Shown here: one piece after another, positions 48,945 to 57,834 of the stretch
Position numbering within the stretch: position 1 is the first letter of the stretch
Layout of the letters: each line of letters opens with the position of its first letter
From: a virus
Lineage: Duplodnaviria; Caudoviricetes
IMG/VR virus record: IMGVR_UViG_3300036901_000095
Coordinates: 1-59,277 of that record
Length of the DNA stretch: 59,277 nt
Reading direction: 5' to 3' (one strand)
The notes under the pieces: model-generated
What the model was told of the DNA's origin: nothing
The model's database searches: none
Seen by the model: the letters and a program-made list of their open reading frames with translations, nothing else
Made by a program: the position numbers and the translations under genes

Positions 48945-48975
48945 TATTTATAAGACAAGGGCCGGAGAGTGTCAA
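48945..48975 (-). promoter_or_regulatory. overlapping sigma70 and T4-late promoter of the tRNA operon
   Basis: TTGACA (48970-48975)-N17-TATAAA; the -10 box is also TATAAATA. Confidence 0.75.
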
Positions 48976-49275
48976 GCATCAAACGAAAAAATCCTCCAGG
49001 GCGAGGCCAGCCGCCTTGAGCAGTCCTGACCTGGCCATCTCCTGATTGGGAAAGTGTCCGACCATCTCGCCGGTCGGGATGGTCTGGATGAAGGCGGCAC
49101 AGGTATCTTGGCCTTCCTCGAACGGGTAAAGCGGAACGATTTTCCCAATGTAGATTTTGTTGAGATAGAGCGAGTTCGCTTTCCAAACATAATGCATCAT
49201 GAATTTTTCCTCCGATTTGAAGTTTACATTGCTTAAAAGCGTGGTTCAAGGCTATATAGAGGCATGACGTAACTT

Positions 49276-49341
49276 CTCCACTTAGCACAAATCCAATCAC
49301 GGATTTGGCACTCGCCTGAACATCAGGCGGGAATAGTGGAG
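49276..49341 (+). promoter_or_regulatory. three-way-junction 5' UTR structure sequestering the SD
   Basis: CTCCACT/AGTGGAG encloses CAAATCC/GGATTTG and CTCGCCTGA/TCAGGCGGG. Confidence 0.45.
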
Positions 49342-49351
49342 TCTTAACATC

Positions 49352-49531
49352 ATGCAATCAGATTATCGCTCGATCAAAGAGCATCTCGCCAAGCGCCTGT
49401 TCACCAACAAGAAGCCATACCGTACCGCCGCCCAGAAGGCGGAGGCGCGGTGTCTGGCGCGTGTGGTGGATGGTCACTGGGTGTCGTCCGCTGCGGTTTC
49501 CTTTCATAACGAAAGGAGACCGCGCGATTGA
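49352..49531 (+). CDS. small basic protein (59 aa)
   Basis: GGAG RBS; MQSDYRSIKEHLAKRLFTNKKPY... Confidence 0.45.
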   Translation: MQSDYRSIKEHLAKRLFTNKKPYRTAAQKAEARCLARVVDGHWVSSAAVSFHNERRPRD

Positions 49532-49533
49532 GG

Positions 49534-51375
49534 TCAATTGCCGCCGAAGGCACCGATATTCCAGCCGCTGCCGGTTGAGTTCGGTTCGCTGGTACCATAG
49601 AAATCGAGCACGGGGTTGATGGTCGTCACGCTGAGCGAGGAAGGCGCAACGCCGACACCGAGCAATGGCGATCCACCTCCCAGTGCGTAGCCGGAAGGCA
49701 ATGTCTGATTACCGGTGGCGTTCCAGGACACCGTGCCAGCGGGCACGGTTCCCACGAAGCCAGGATTGCTTGTCGTGCCTCCAGTTTCTGCTGTTCGGGT
49801 TTCCCATTGCGCCAATGAGCCACTGGGCGCGGAAGCCGAGCCACAGTTCGGATCGACTCTGACGGTGGTGCCCCCATTGATCGCGAAATAGCTGTTGTTG
49901 CGCCACGTTCCAACCGGAGTCAGCGCCGGGTTACAGGTGACCGCGTAATTTCCCGAGGTGTAGGCGAAGATATTGTCGGCGATGACCGATCCGGCACCGA
50001 TGCCATTGGAGCCGTTCTGAGTCGCGAGCACGAGCGCGCCACGTCCAGCAAGGCTTGAGTTCTGGTAAATGGTATTGCCATAGGCATAGACGACGCAGGC
50101 AGTGCAACCCGTGTTATTGAATGACATTCCACCGAAAAACTCTTGCGGATTATCCTCAACGATGTAGGCGTCATTTTCACTGATGTTGCCGCGATAGGTG
50201 TTGTTGGTCCAGTCACTGGTGACGACTCCCATCCAGCCATAAAGTCCTGCTCCGGCGTTGTTATGGGTGTAATTGTACTCCACCACGCTGTTCGTGGTTG
50301 ATCCATCGAGATCAATTCCGTCGCCGTCACAACCGGTGGTCATGTTGATCGCTGTATTATAAACTTCGTTGCTGGAAATCGTGACATTTGAAACATCCTG
50401 GGTTTCTATTCCCGATGTGCCGCCGCATTGCGTGGTCTGATTGTATCCGCTGTCATGCACGATGTTGTTCGTGATCAGTATCGTGCCACTGTGAGAATGG
50501 ACTATGTTCATGCCTTCACCGCCGAACACATTCAGAAACGATGGCCGACCGCCGAAATTCGAAAGCACGTTGCCAGAGACAATAATGTTTCCGGTTGATC
50601 CGTTGATCTGCACACCGTCATCATCTAGCGCCGCTGTCGTCAGTCCATGCAGCACGTTGTCGGCGATGACGACATTGCCGCTCGAATCAGTGCGGGTGGC
50701 CGAGGTGATGTCTCCGCCGCCAATCGTCTCACCGTTGGCGACGAAAAATCCACCGATGTCATTCCCGTTCACCGATCCGGTCGACGCACCGGTCACATAG
50801 ACGCCAGCGGTGGTGCAGTTAGCGCCAGCGCCACTTGGACAGGTGCCTGATATGCCAGAGCGGATGGTGAGATTCTGAACGACGAAACCGTTGACCGAAT
50901 TCACCAGGACAGTGGAACTGATGTCTCCCCCGGTGTTGGACTGAAGAATCGCGTTGCCTGTGCCATAGGATTGCACGACTATTGGATTGTTTGGCGAGGC
51001 ACCAGTAACATTCACGGTCGATGGAGTCGGGGAGCAAATCGAACACGAATTGACTGTGCTTAAGACGAGATTTCCGGAGAAAGTCTGCCCACCATTGAAG
51101 TTAATGCATTGACCAGCCGTGAAACTGGAGAAACTGCTGACATGCGCGATGGTTTGCCATGCGGTCGCGGGGGACAGTCCGTTCGCTGAATCGGAACCAG
51201 AATTTGACACATAGTATTGCGTACCCACGCAAGTGGAGGTTGGCGGGACGCTCATTTGCGCGGCAAAACCCGCTGGCAGTCCGATTTGCGCGCTTGCTCT
51301 CTCGACGGGCAGTACCGATAATGATAATGATGCCGTAATCATCACAATCGCGATGACGGCCAATTTCCTAAACAT
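49534..51375 (-). CDS. secreted right-handed parallel beta-helix (pectin-lyase-like) protein
   Basis: Signal peptide; YYVSNSGSDSANGLSPATAWQTI; Asn-ladder repeats; DGDGIDLD; late promoter at 51401. Confidence 0.8.
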   Translation of the reverse strand: MFRKLAVIAIVMITASLSLSVLPVERASAQIGLPAGFAAQMSVPPTSTCVGTQYYVSNSGSDSANGLSPATAWQTIAHVSSFSSFTAGQCINFNGGQTFSGNLVLSTVNSCSICSPTPSTVNVTGASPNNPIVVQSYGTGNAILQSNTGGDISSTVLVNSVNGFVVQNLTIRSGISGTCPSGAGANCTTAGVYVTGASTGSVNGNDIGGFFVANGETIGGGDITSATRTDSSGNVVIADNVLHGLTTAALDDDGVQINGSTGNIIVSGNVLSNFGGRPSFLNVFGGEGMNIVHSHSGTILITNNIVHDSGYNQTTQCGGTSGIETQDVSNVTISSNEVYNTAINMTTGCDGDGIDLDGSTTNSVVEYNYTHNNAGAGLYGWMGVVTSDWTNNTYRGNISENDAYIVEDNPQEFFGGMSFNNTGCTACVVYAYGNTIYQNSSLAGRGALVLATQNGSNGIGAGSVIADNIFAYTSGNYAVTCNPALTPVGTWRNNSYFAINGGTTVRVDPNCGSASAPSGSLAQWETRTAETGGTTSNPGFVGTVPAGTVSWNATGNQTLPSGYALGGGSPLLGVGVAPSSLSVTTINPVLDFYGTSEPNSTGSGWNIGAFGGN

Positions 51376-51418
51376 CAGTTCTTAGTCCTGTTTTCTCCTC
51401 TATTTATTTTGGAGAAAA

Positions 51419-51916
51419 CTATCGCAGTTTATTTTGCTTACATTTTCCGAAATGAAGCCGAGCCATCATGGCTTTTTGCCCGATCTTACCACAATGCGGG
51501 CAAGTCGTTTTTGCAGCAAAAGGATGTGTTCCATTTTCGATGCAGCGACGCTGTATTTCTCCACCCAATAAATGGTGCGTCCCATCTGCTAATCGACGCT
51601 GAGTCTGTATCCGTGATATTTGACCCCCTAAGAAATTATGAGTGCCGTTTTCTATCTGTTGTCGAGCGGTTTTTCTTGCTAAATCACTTATAACTTCTGG
51701 ACTTGATTTCAATCGGAACGTCATTATCAAACAAGCTTTCCAATCATCTTGAGCGTAATGAATATCGTAATGCTCTTGTACGGTGATAGCTTTTAAGTTT
51801 GAAGGATCGTGATTTTTGTGATTTCCGTCTACGTGATGAATATCGTAGGATTTTCCATCTGGCTCTCTCGGTATTGGGCCATAATGTTGCTCATATATTT
51901 TACGGTATTTTGACAT
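51419..51916 (-). CDS. HNH homing endonuclease
   Basis: YRKIYEQHYGPIP, DIHHVDGNHKNHDPSNL...EHYDIH, GTH repeats, CPHCGK; GATAAATA 4 nt before ATG. Confidence 0.88.
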   Translation of the reverse strand: MSKYRKIYEQHYGPIPREPDGKSYDIHHVDGNHKNHDPSNLKAITVQEHYDIHYAQDDWKACLIMTFRLKSSPEVISDLARKTARQQIENGTHNFLGGQISRIQTQRRLADGTHHLLGGEIQRRCIENGTHPFAAKTTCPHCGKIGQKAMMARLHFGKCKQNKLR

Positions 51917-51941
51917 ACCGTATTTATCAAAAGGAGAGAGT

Positions 51942-52378
51942 GGATCACTGTTTCTATAAGCTGGGTTCTGTCCAGAATCTTTCGATTCCTGTACTGTCAT
52001 TCCTCTTGCCTAAACCGTCGCCGGTCAGGTCTTTGCCCTCAACCCGGAACCATCCCCTGACGATGGGTAGCAAGTTCCCTATTTGAGGTTGCACCCTCTA
52101 TCCTGTCGCCAGCGTTTCACCCCATCTCCTGTGATCAGGCAGTTGGCCGGATTACCTCTAAGTCTTTCGACCTGGCGTTCTCCAGTTTCCTGTCCATGAC
52201 ATGGCGAATATTATCTCCCGAAGGAGTTTCATCCCTTCCTCAGGCGGGTCTCGTCTCTGTGGCCGTGTCTCACCTCTCGGTGGGCAGGTGTTACCTGCTA
52301 AAGTTCGTCAGCGGTGCCCAGACTTTCCTCTCTACCATCATTGCTGATGGCACGAGCGACAATCCAAAACAGTGATCC
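51942..52378 (-). ncRNA. rnpB: RNase P RNA
   Basis: P1 GGATCACTGTTT/AAACAGTGATCC; GAGGAAAGTCTGGGC pairs with ACAGAACCCAGCTTA (compensated P4); P8/P9 hairpins, TGAAAC and GCAA motifs. Confidence 0.92.
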
Positions 52379-52461
52379 AAGGAAACACATAGATGATTTT
52401 TTCTTTATAGACAAGGAAGAAGCGACATCTTAGATGAACGAACACAAAAGGTGATCCCACG

Positions 52462-53319
52462 GTGCTTGCCAATGTTCACGTCCACGGCAATTTAACTGAA
52501 CCAGGTTCCTTCGCTGAAGCCGACAGGCGGATACTGTCCACACCACGCCATCTGCGGGCGTTCCAGAGGGCCTTCGGACGGCTCCCGGTCAACCTGGAAG
52601 TTCACTTCGTTCATCTCGATAGGGACCTCTCTCAACCGGGATGGTCATATTACCATGAGGACGGAACAAAACGGCTGAGACACCTGGTGGGTACTGATAT
52701 CGGGTTTCTGACACCCGAGCACATCACCAGGGTCTATGGCGTCGAGATACGGGAAAGTTCCTCGGCGCTAACGGCTGTCTTCGTCGAGAATTTCGGCGGC
52801 AGGCAGCCGCTTCCGTTCACGACATGGATGGTCATGCATCGCCTGGGTCACTTGTTGTTCCAGCGCAATCCGGACCCGAATTTAAATCTGATCTGGGATG
52901 ATTTCATCAACACCATGAGAGGTATTGGGGGGCTCTATTGGTGCGATGTTCTCAACCATACATCCTTGGAGCTTACCTACTCACCCCGTGAAATCCAGGT
53001 CCAGATGTCCGCCATCGACGTTTCACTCGATTGCTACTTTGGCACGTCTCACGCGGCGCGGAATGGAACATGCATCAATGAAACGGAGTGGTTCTTTGAT
53101 TGTTTCGCGCAACTCTACATGACTGGCGCGATTTCATTCCGACGAGCGCAGCGACAGTTGATCTCATTGCACGGATCGCGACCCAATGTGCTCTTCGTCC
53201 TGGCTCCCACCATCGACTCAGCGGTGATCGATGAGAAACTCACCGGTCTGGCCACGCGCCTCAAACAGACGTTCGACGGCCTTCTGACGCGGAACGTAGG
53301 CCGGATCGGGGTGCTCTGA
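52462..53319 (+). CDS. zincin-like protein with HRxGH motif
   Basis: TWMVMHRLGH...EWFFDCFAQ. Confidence 0.55.
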   Translation: MLANVHVHGNLTEPGSFAEADRRILSTPRHLRAFQRAFGRLPVNLEVHFVHLDRDLSQPGWSYYHEDGTKRLRHLVGTDIGFLTPEHITRVYGVEIRESSSALTAVFVENFGGRQPLPFTTWMVMHRLGHLLFQRNPDPNLNLIWDDFINTMRGIGGLYWCDVLNHTSLELTYSPREIQVQMSAIDVSLDCYFGTSHAARNGTCINETEWFFDCFAQLYMTGAISFRRAQRQLISLHGSRPNVLFVLAPTIDSAVIDEKLTGLATRLKQTFDGLLTRNVGRIGVL

Positions 53320-53506
53320 CTCGATACTATTTGAGCAGTAGGATGATCAAGCTTGTCACGAACACGGCCACCATAAGGATTCTGACCGTTATTACCAGCC
53401 TATCGACTGGCCTCGACTGCCTCGACCGGTTGGCACCGTAGGCTCCTGTTTCGTCGTACATCTTCGCTTCCCACACGTCGTTTCACATCGTATACTAACT
53501 TATCGT

Positions 53507-53914
53507 CTAGTGCAAAGTTGTCGAGGGCGTTGGTTTCGGATTATTCGCCGCGTATATGGCGAGACCTTCGTACAATAGTCTGACTTCGGCATCGAGCGGA
53601 GTCTGATCCTCCGGCAAGGCAATCGGACGTTCCCTCCCACGAGTGGTGCCGATCACTTCCGCGCCCCAACACCGGCCATTCCACGGCAGCGGCATGTTGG
53701 CGAGATAGACCCGCACTTTCTCATCAGAACTGTTGTCGTCCAGCAGCTTACGATTATCGTCTTCAGTGACCGGCACGCACCAGACGCCTTCACTCCTGGG
53801 CCAACCTTCGTGACGAACCAGATTGATTTTTTTAACGCCGAATTTCTCCCCCAGGCTCTGCGCCAGAGAAATCCGTTGGTTGGCGAATTCAAGGGCCTCT
53901 TCGCTGTCTGCCAT
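53507..53914 (-). CDS. hypothetical protein
   Basis: SEGVWC...LANMP; coupled to the upstream gene. Confidence 0.55.
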   Translation of the reverse strand: MADSEEALEFANQRISLAQSLGEKFGVKKINLVRHEGWPRSEGVWCVPVTEDDNRKLLDDNSSDEKVRVYLANMPLPWNGRCWGAEVIGTTRGRERPIALPEDQTPLDAEVRLLYEGLAIYAANNPKPTPSTTLH

Positions 53915-54345
53915 CAATCGATTCCCATTTTGGCTGCGCATTCTGGCCCAATGCCTCGGTCGATGCTCTCCGGCACGGTCAACAGCCTGCCGCACTTGCC
54001 GCACTTCCCCTCGTGCCGGACTTCAAGATGAACCGTCTCCGGTTTTTTCTTCTGAGTCAACACCTTCTCGCACATGAAATTGAGCGCGAGGATTGGCTTG
54101 GAATTGGACAGCAATTTGCTTCCACGGGTGAGCCGAAACTCGCTGTCTTTCAACTCACCGATGTAGATGTAATCCGACGTGTTATCTCGACCATACAAGA
54201 CCTCAACGAAAATCTGACCCGTTTTTTTCTTCAGACGGGCGCGATAGGTGTAATGTGCTCCGGTCTTGATGGATGACAGCGTGAACGTGGCGTTGCCAGC
54301 ATTCACGAATCGCTCGATATCCACTGGATCATGCATGATGGACAT
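53914..54345 (-). CDS. Zn-finger phage protein (DUF6011-like)
   Basis: HEGKCGKCGRLLTVPESIDRGIGPEC. Confidence 0.75.
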   Translation of the reverse strand: MSIMHDPVDIERFVNAGNATFTLSSIKTGAHYTYRARLKKKTGQIFVEVLYGRDNTSDYIYIGELKDSEFRLTRGSKLLSNSKPILALNFMCEKVLTQKKKPETVHLEVRHEGKCGKCGRLLTVPESIDRGIGPECAAKMGID

Positions 54346-55205
54346 CAGGCTGTCGCCTTCTGCGTTGTCTTGACTGCCTTGGCTGTCTTGATTCTCACAT
54401 AGTTGAGAACCGTTTGCGCCTCATTGTTGAATTCGGAATGCTCTTTCACGATACCACTAATCGTCAAGGTGTCACCGACCGGAACGCGAAAGGAAGTAGA
54501 TTTCACCACGATGGCCGCGCCGTCCGCCGTCCGCATGGTGGTGACGTAAACCGTCTCGCTATTGTCGTGATAGAAGCTCTTGAAAAACGCCTGTTTCACA
54601 TATGTCGACTCACGTTCCGCAGTCACCACAAGCTCAAGCTTGTCACCAACGTTGCCGATATGACGCGACGCGGCGCGAACCACCGCGCGAGCCTGATCCT
54701 TTTCGAACGACGCATAAACCGCCAACTCCTGCGCTGGTGTCCAATGCGCCTTTTTATTCGCGTGACGCAGCATGTCACCCAGGAAACCATCCCGATACGG
54801 AACGTCTTCACCGTCAAACGCACGACCAGAGTCGCGGCCCGCGACTTCAAGCCAGGCGAGCACTTCTTTGTGTTCAGCGAGAAACGCGCCGCGCCGCGCG
54901 GAAATCTCGGCTTGTGCCGTGGCGTACGCACGGTCGTTCTTGGCTTTCTCGGCGGCTGCCTTCTTGTCGCGTGCCGCATTCAGTTTGGCCAGCTTCTCGC
55001 CCGTGTAAATGGGAACCGACTTGGGGGTGCCACGGCAACTGCCTCGGCATTGGAAGCAGATACCGCCTTCAACGTGCCGGTAGCCCTCGATCCATCCCGC
55101 TCCACCGCAACGACCACAGACCGGAACGATGATGGTGTGACCGTCCGCCTTGTCGGCACTTGAACCTTTGAAAACCGAGCCGTCGCGAAAGAACATCTCG
55201 ACCAC
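54345..55205 (-). CDS. Zn-finger plus C-terminal OB-fold protein
   Basis: CGRCGGAG, CFQCRG; HIGNVGD...SGIVKEHSEF...QT; early TTGACA promoter upstream. Confidence 0.65.
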   Translation of the reverse strand: MVEMFFRDGSVFKGSSADKADGHTIIVPVCGRCGGAGWIEGYRHVEGGICFQCRGSCRGTPKSVPIYTGEKLAKLNAARDKKAAAEKAKNDRAYATAQAEISARRGAFLAEHKEVLAWLEVAGRDSGRAFDGEDVPYRDGFLGDMLRHANKKAHWTPAQELAVYASFEKDQARAVVRAASRHIGNVGDKLELVVTAERESTYVKQAFFKSFYHDNSETVYVTTMRTADGAAIVVKSTSFRVPVGDTLTISGIVKEHSEFNNEAQTVLNYVRIKTAKAVKTTQKATA

Positions 55206-55383
55206 AATACGTCTCCAACCCGTCTTGATATCCAGAGGTTACCACGGTTTTTCAATCTGTCAAGAAAGTTCGGTGAGAAAAAACCGCCATTTATCCATCT
55301 TTCGTCATAACAAAAAGCTGTCGGGAACCGGCACACGCGATGGTCTAAATATCAGTCATAGAAGGACCCTTTATGACTGTGTC

Positions 55384-55617
55384 ATGACCATCATCCGATT
55401 TCCTGGTAGTCCCGAAATCTGCGGTACTACCGACCCTGATCCAAATCACCGATTAGCGGTCGGCCAGGTCTCGTTCACATGCACATCCTGCGACAATACC
55501 ACCAGCGTCGATTTCCATAACATGATCTTTCGCAGTCTTGAGTTCTATTGCGGCACCTGTGGAAATCCTTACAGAATCGTAAATCCGGCCTTCGTCAACA
55601 TCACCAAATTAAAATAA
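55384..55617 (+). CDS. Zn-ribbon protein
   Basis: CTSC...CGTC; TCTAAATA at 55344. Confidence 0.55.
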   Translation: MTIIRFPGSPEICGTTDPDPNHRLAVGQVSFTCTSCDNTTSVDFHNMIFRSLEFYCGTCGNPYRIVNPAFVNITKLK

Positions 55618-55676
55618 CGTGCTGGACATTATCACGATAGCTTAACTATACTGGCTTTTTGCAGAGAAAGTTCATT

Positions 55677-56249
55677 ATGTTTCAACGTGTAAATGAGTTC
55701 CATCGTATTTTCGGTCAGCACATCGCCGATGCCCCCGCCCTTCCCGACATGCGCGAACGCGCGCTACGCATGAGCCTGCTTCTGGAGGAAGTGGATGAGT
55801 TCTGTGTCGCGTACTTTGATGATGATCTGGTGGAAATGGCCGATGGCCTGGCTGACATGTGCTACATCATCGCCGGAACCTGTGTCAGCTATGGTATCTG
55901 TCCGGAGGGCAGCTTCGAATCGCCCTATGAGGACGTGCTTGGTCAGATGACCATGTTCTACAATCTAAAACTCGATGAGATCGTGCGCGAGGATTTCGCC
56001 AAATACGTCTGGGCGGAAACCGACAACGATCTGCCGCGCATCAAGGACACGCTCATGCAACTGATGACTTCGATCTTCGGCATCAGCCTGCATCTCGGCA
56101 TCCCGTTGAACCAGGTATTCGCCGAAGTGCATCGCAGCAACCTTGCGAAGGCTCCTGATGGTGTCGTACAGTACAGAGAGGACGGCAAAGTTCAAAAACC
56201 GAGCGGATGGACGCCGCCTGACATCAAATCCATTCTTGGTGTCGAATAA
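55677..56249 (+). CDS. all-alpha NTP pyrophosphohydrolase (MazG-like)
   Basis: LLEEVDE, EMADGLAD, EVHRSN.AK, REDGKV.KP. Confidence 0.85.
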   Translation: MFQRVNEFHRIFGQHIADAPALPDMRERALRMSLLLEEVDEFCVAYFDDDLVEMADGLADMCYIIAGTCVSYGICPEGSFESPYEDVLGQMTMFYNLKLDEIVREDFAKYVWAETDNDLPRIKDTLMQLMTSIFGISLHLGIPLNQVFAEVHRSNLAKAPDGVVQYREDGKVQKPSGWTPPDIKSILGVE

Positions 56250-56256
56250 ATACCTC

Positions 56257-56607
56257 ATGTTCTTCGACCCAAAGACCTTCACCAATGACCAGTTGTTTGA
56301 AAAACAACTGGAATTGGTGCGCAAGAAAATCATGTCCGCCCGGTTCGGCAACGTCGACACGACCACGCAGATTCAGAACATGATCGACGCGATAGACAAT
56401 GAACGACGGGAGCGGATGTTCACCGACATCATTGGGTCGTACATGAAATCATCCCCAGCCGTCACCATCGAAACCGATCCTTTCCTGAAGGAACATGATG
56501 CCGCTGAAGCAGAAATCGAACTTGAAAAGCACCCCAAGCCGGTGGTGAGCAAACCGGTGAGACGACCAGTGAGAACCTTACGACCTGTGAATTTGAAGGA
56601 TGGGTGA
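56257..56607 (+). CDS. hypothetical late protein
   Basis: AATAAATA 4 nt before ATG (MFFDP). Confidence 0.6.
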   Translation: MFFDPKTFTNDQLFEKQLELVRKKIMSARFGNVDTTTQIQNMIDAIDNERRERMFTDIIGSYMKSSPAVTIETDPFLKEHDAAEAEIELEKHPKPVVSKPVRRPVRTLRPVNLKDG

Positions 56608-57316
56608 CATGAACGAAGAAAGCGCCTTGGACAGCAGCATTAATGTTGTCATAGACTACAATCAGAGAGTGACGTTGATCCGATTCATGGGCAACCATCT
56701 GCTTCCGGCCTACATGTCGATTCGGGCGGAAGTGATTCCATCGGAATACACGAAGGAGGTGGATTTCGATGTCACGTTCGCCAAGATCAAGTTCTGGTTC
56801 GATACCATCGTGGCCAGATCAGTCGTGTTCTGCCGCACCAACAAAGCGGCCATCGACATGATCATGAAGGAGAATGAGCAGCCCAATATCGCCAACCACA
56901 TCATGATCACGCCTTTTGAACCAAACGATGAACATCTGGCGTCGTTGTTCCAGAGCAAAATGACCGCTCTGTCCGGTGGCACGATCAATTTCGGTTGTGT
57001 TCGTATCAAAACAGAATCAAATGGTCTCGTGTTCACCTATGTCGGCGACTGGGAAGAAGATTTGCCGAAGATGGAAGAATGGTTCAATACCAAGCCGTAC
57101 TATTTCGACACCCCGTGGTGGACCCGCGATGACGTGTCGACCTTGGACATGACGGTTGGCGAGATCGACCCAACGGTCACTCCGGCCTGGGCGTTCAATC
57201 TGAATTTCATCGAGGAATCGATCAGACCGAAACGGGATGACAAGGAAGATGAGGAGAGCGTTGTGATAAAAGGCACCTTTCAGCCCAAGATTATCGATGG
57301 TGGCCAGGACGAGTGA
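56600..57316 (+). CDS. conserved hypothetical protein
   Basis: Overlaps both neighbours; PWWTRDD.ST motif. Confidence 0.6.
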   Translation: MGDMNEESALDSSINVVIDYNQRVTLIRFMGNHLLPAYMSIRAEVIPSEYTKEVDFDVTFAKIKFWFDTIVARSVVFCRTNKAAIDMIMKENEQPNIANHIMITPFEPNDEHLASLFQSKMTALSGGTINFGCVRIKTESNGLVFTYVGDWEEDLPKMEEWFNTKPYYFDTPWWTRDDVSTLDMTVGEIDPTVTPAWAFNLNFIEESIRPKRDDKEDEESVVIKGTFQPKIIDGGQDE

Positions 57317-57834
57317 ATCGTCAGGTCGACGAATGGGGCAGGGTATTGTTCAATGGCGAGGACGCGATTGAATTGCTGTTCCAGGGCCATGACATAACCG
57401 AACTTTTCGTTCTGTCATCGCCGGAAATCATCGAGTATAACGCCGCCTGCGTCATTCACGACAAGCTCGACCATGTGATTGAACCGGTGACCGAGCCATC
57501 CCTCACGCCGCGCGAGGACGCCAGCCAACGCCAGGAGACCTGGTGGATGCCGGAAGCATACAAGGAACTCGACGTTCGGGGCAGGCTTCTGCGGCTGTGT
57601 CGGAACCAGCAAGACGAAGATCGCGTGACCATGGAGATGGCAATGTTCGAATCGCGCGGGCTGCTGATGGTGTTGCGCCTGATGTGTTTCCTGGTGGATC
57701 ACTGGCGCGAGACTGGTATAGTTTGGGGCGTGGGTCGTGGTAGTTCGGTGGCGAGCCATTGTCTGTTCCTGATTGGAGTTCACCACATCGACTCACTCAA
57801 ATACGATCTCGATATCACGGAGTTTCTGAAATGA
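57313..57834 (+). CDS. dnaE: DNA polymerase III alpha-subunit fragment
   Basis: IVWGVGRGSSVAS..LFLIGVH.ID.LKYDL...EFLK. Confidence 0.85.
   Translation: MNRQVDEWGRVLFNGEDAIELLFQGHDITELFVLSSPEIIEYNAACVIHDKLDHVIEPVTEPSLTPREDASQRQETWWMPEAYKELDVRGRLLRLCRNQQDEDRVTMEMAMFESRGLLMVLRLMCFLVDHWRETGIVWGVGRGSSVASHCLFLIGVHHIDSLKYDLDITEFLK

Noticed and set aside
51917-52000. N-terminal extension of the HNH ORF as listed (start 52000)
   Set aside because: It overlaps the rnpB 3' end; the true start is MSKY at 51916, just after GATAAATA.
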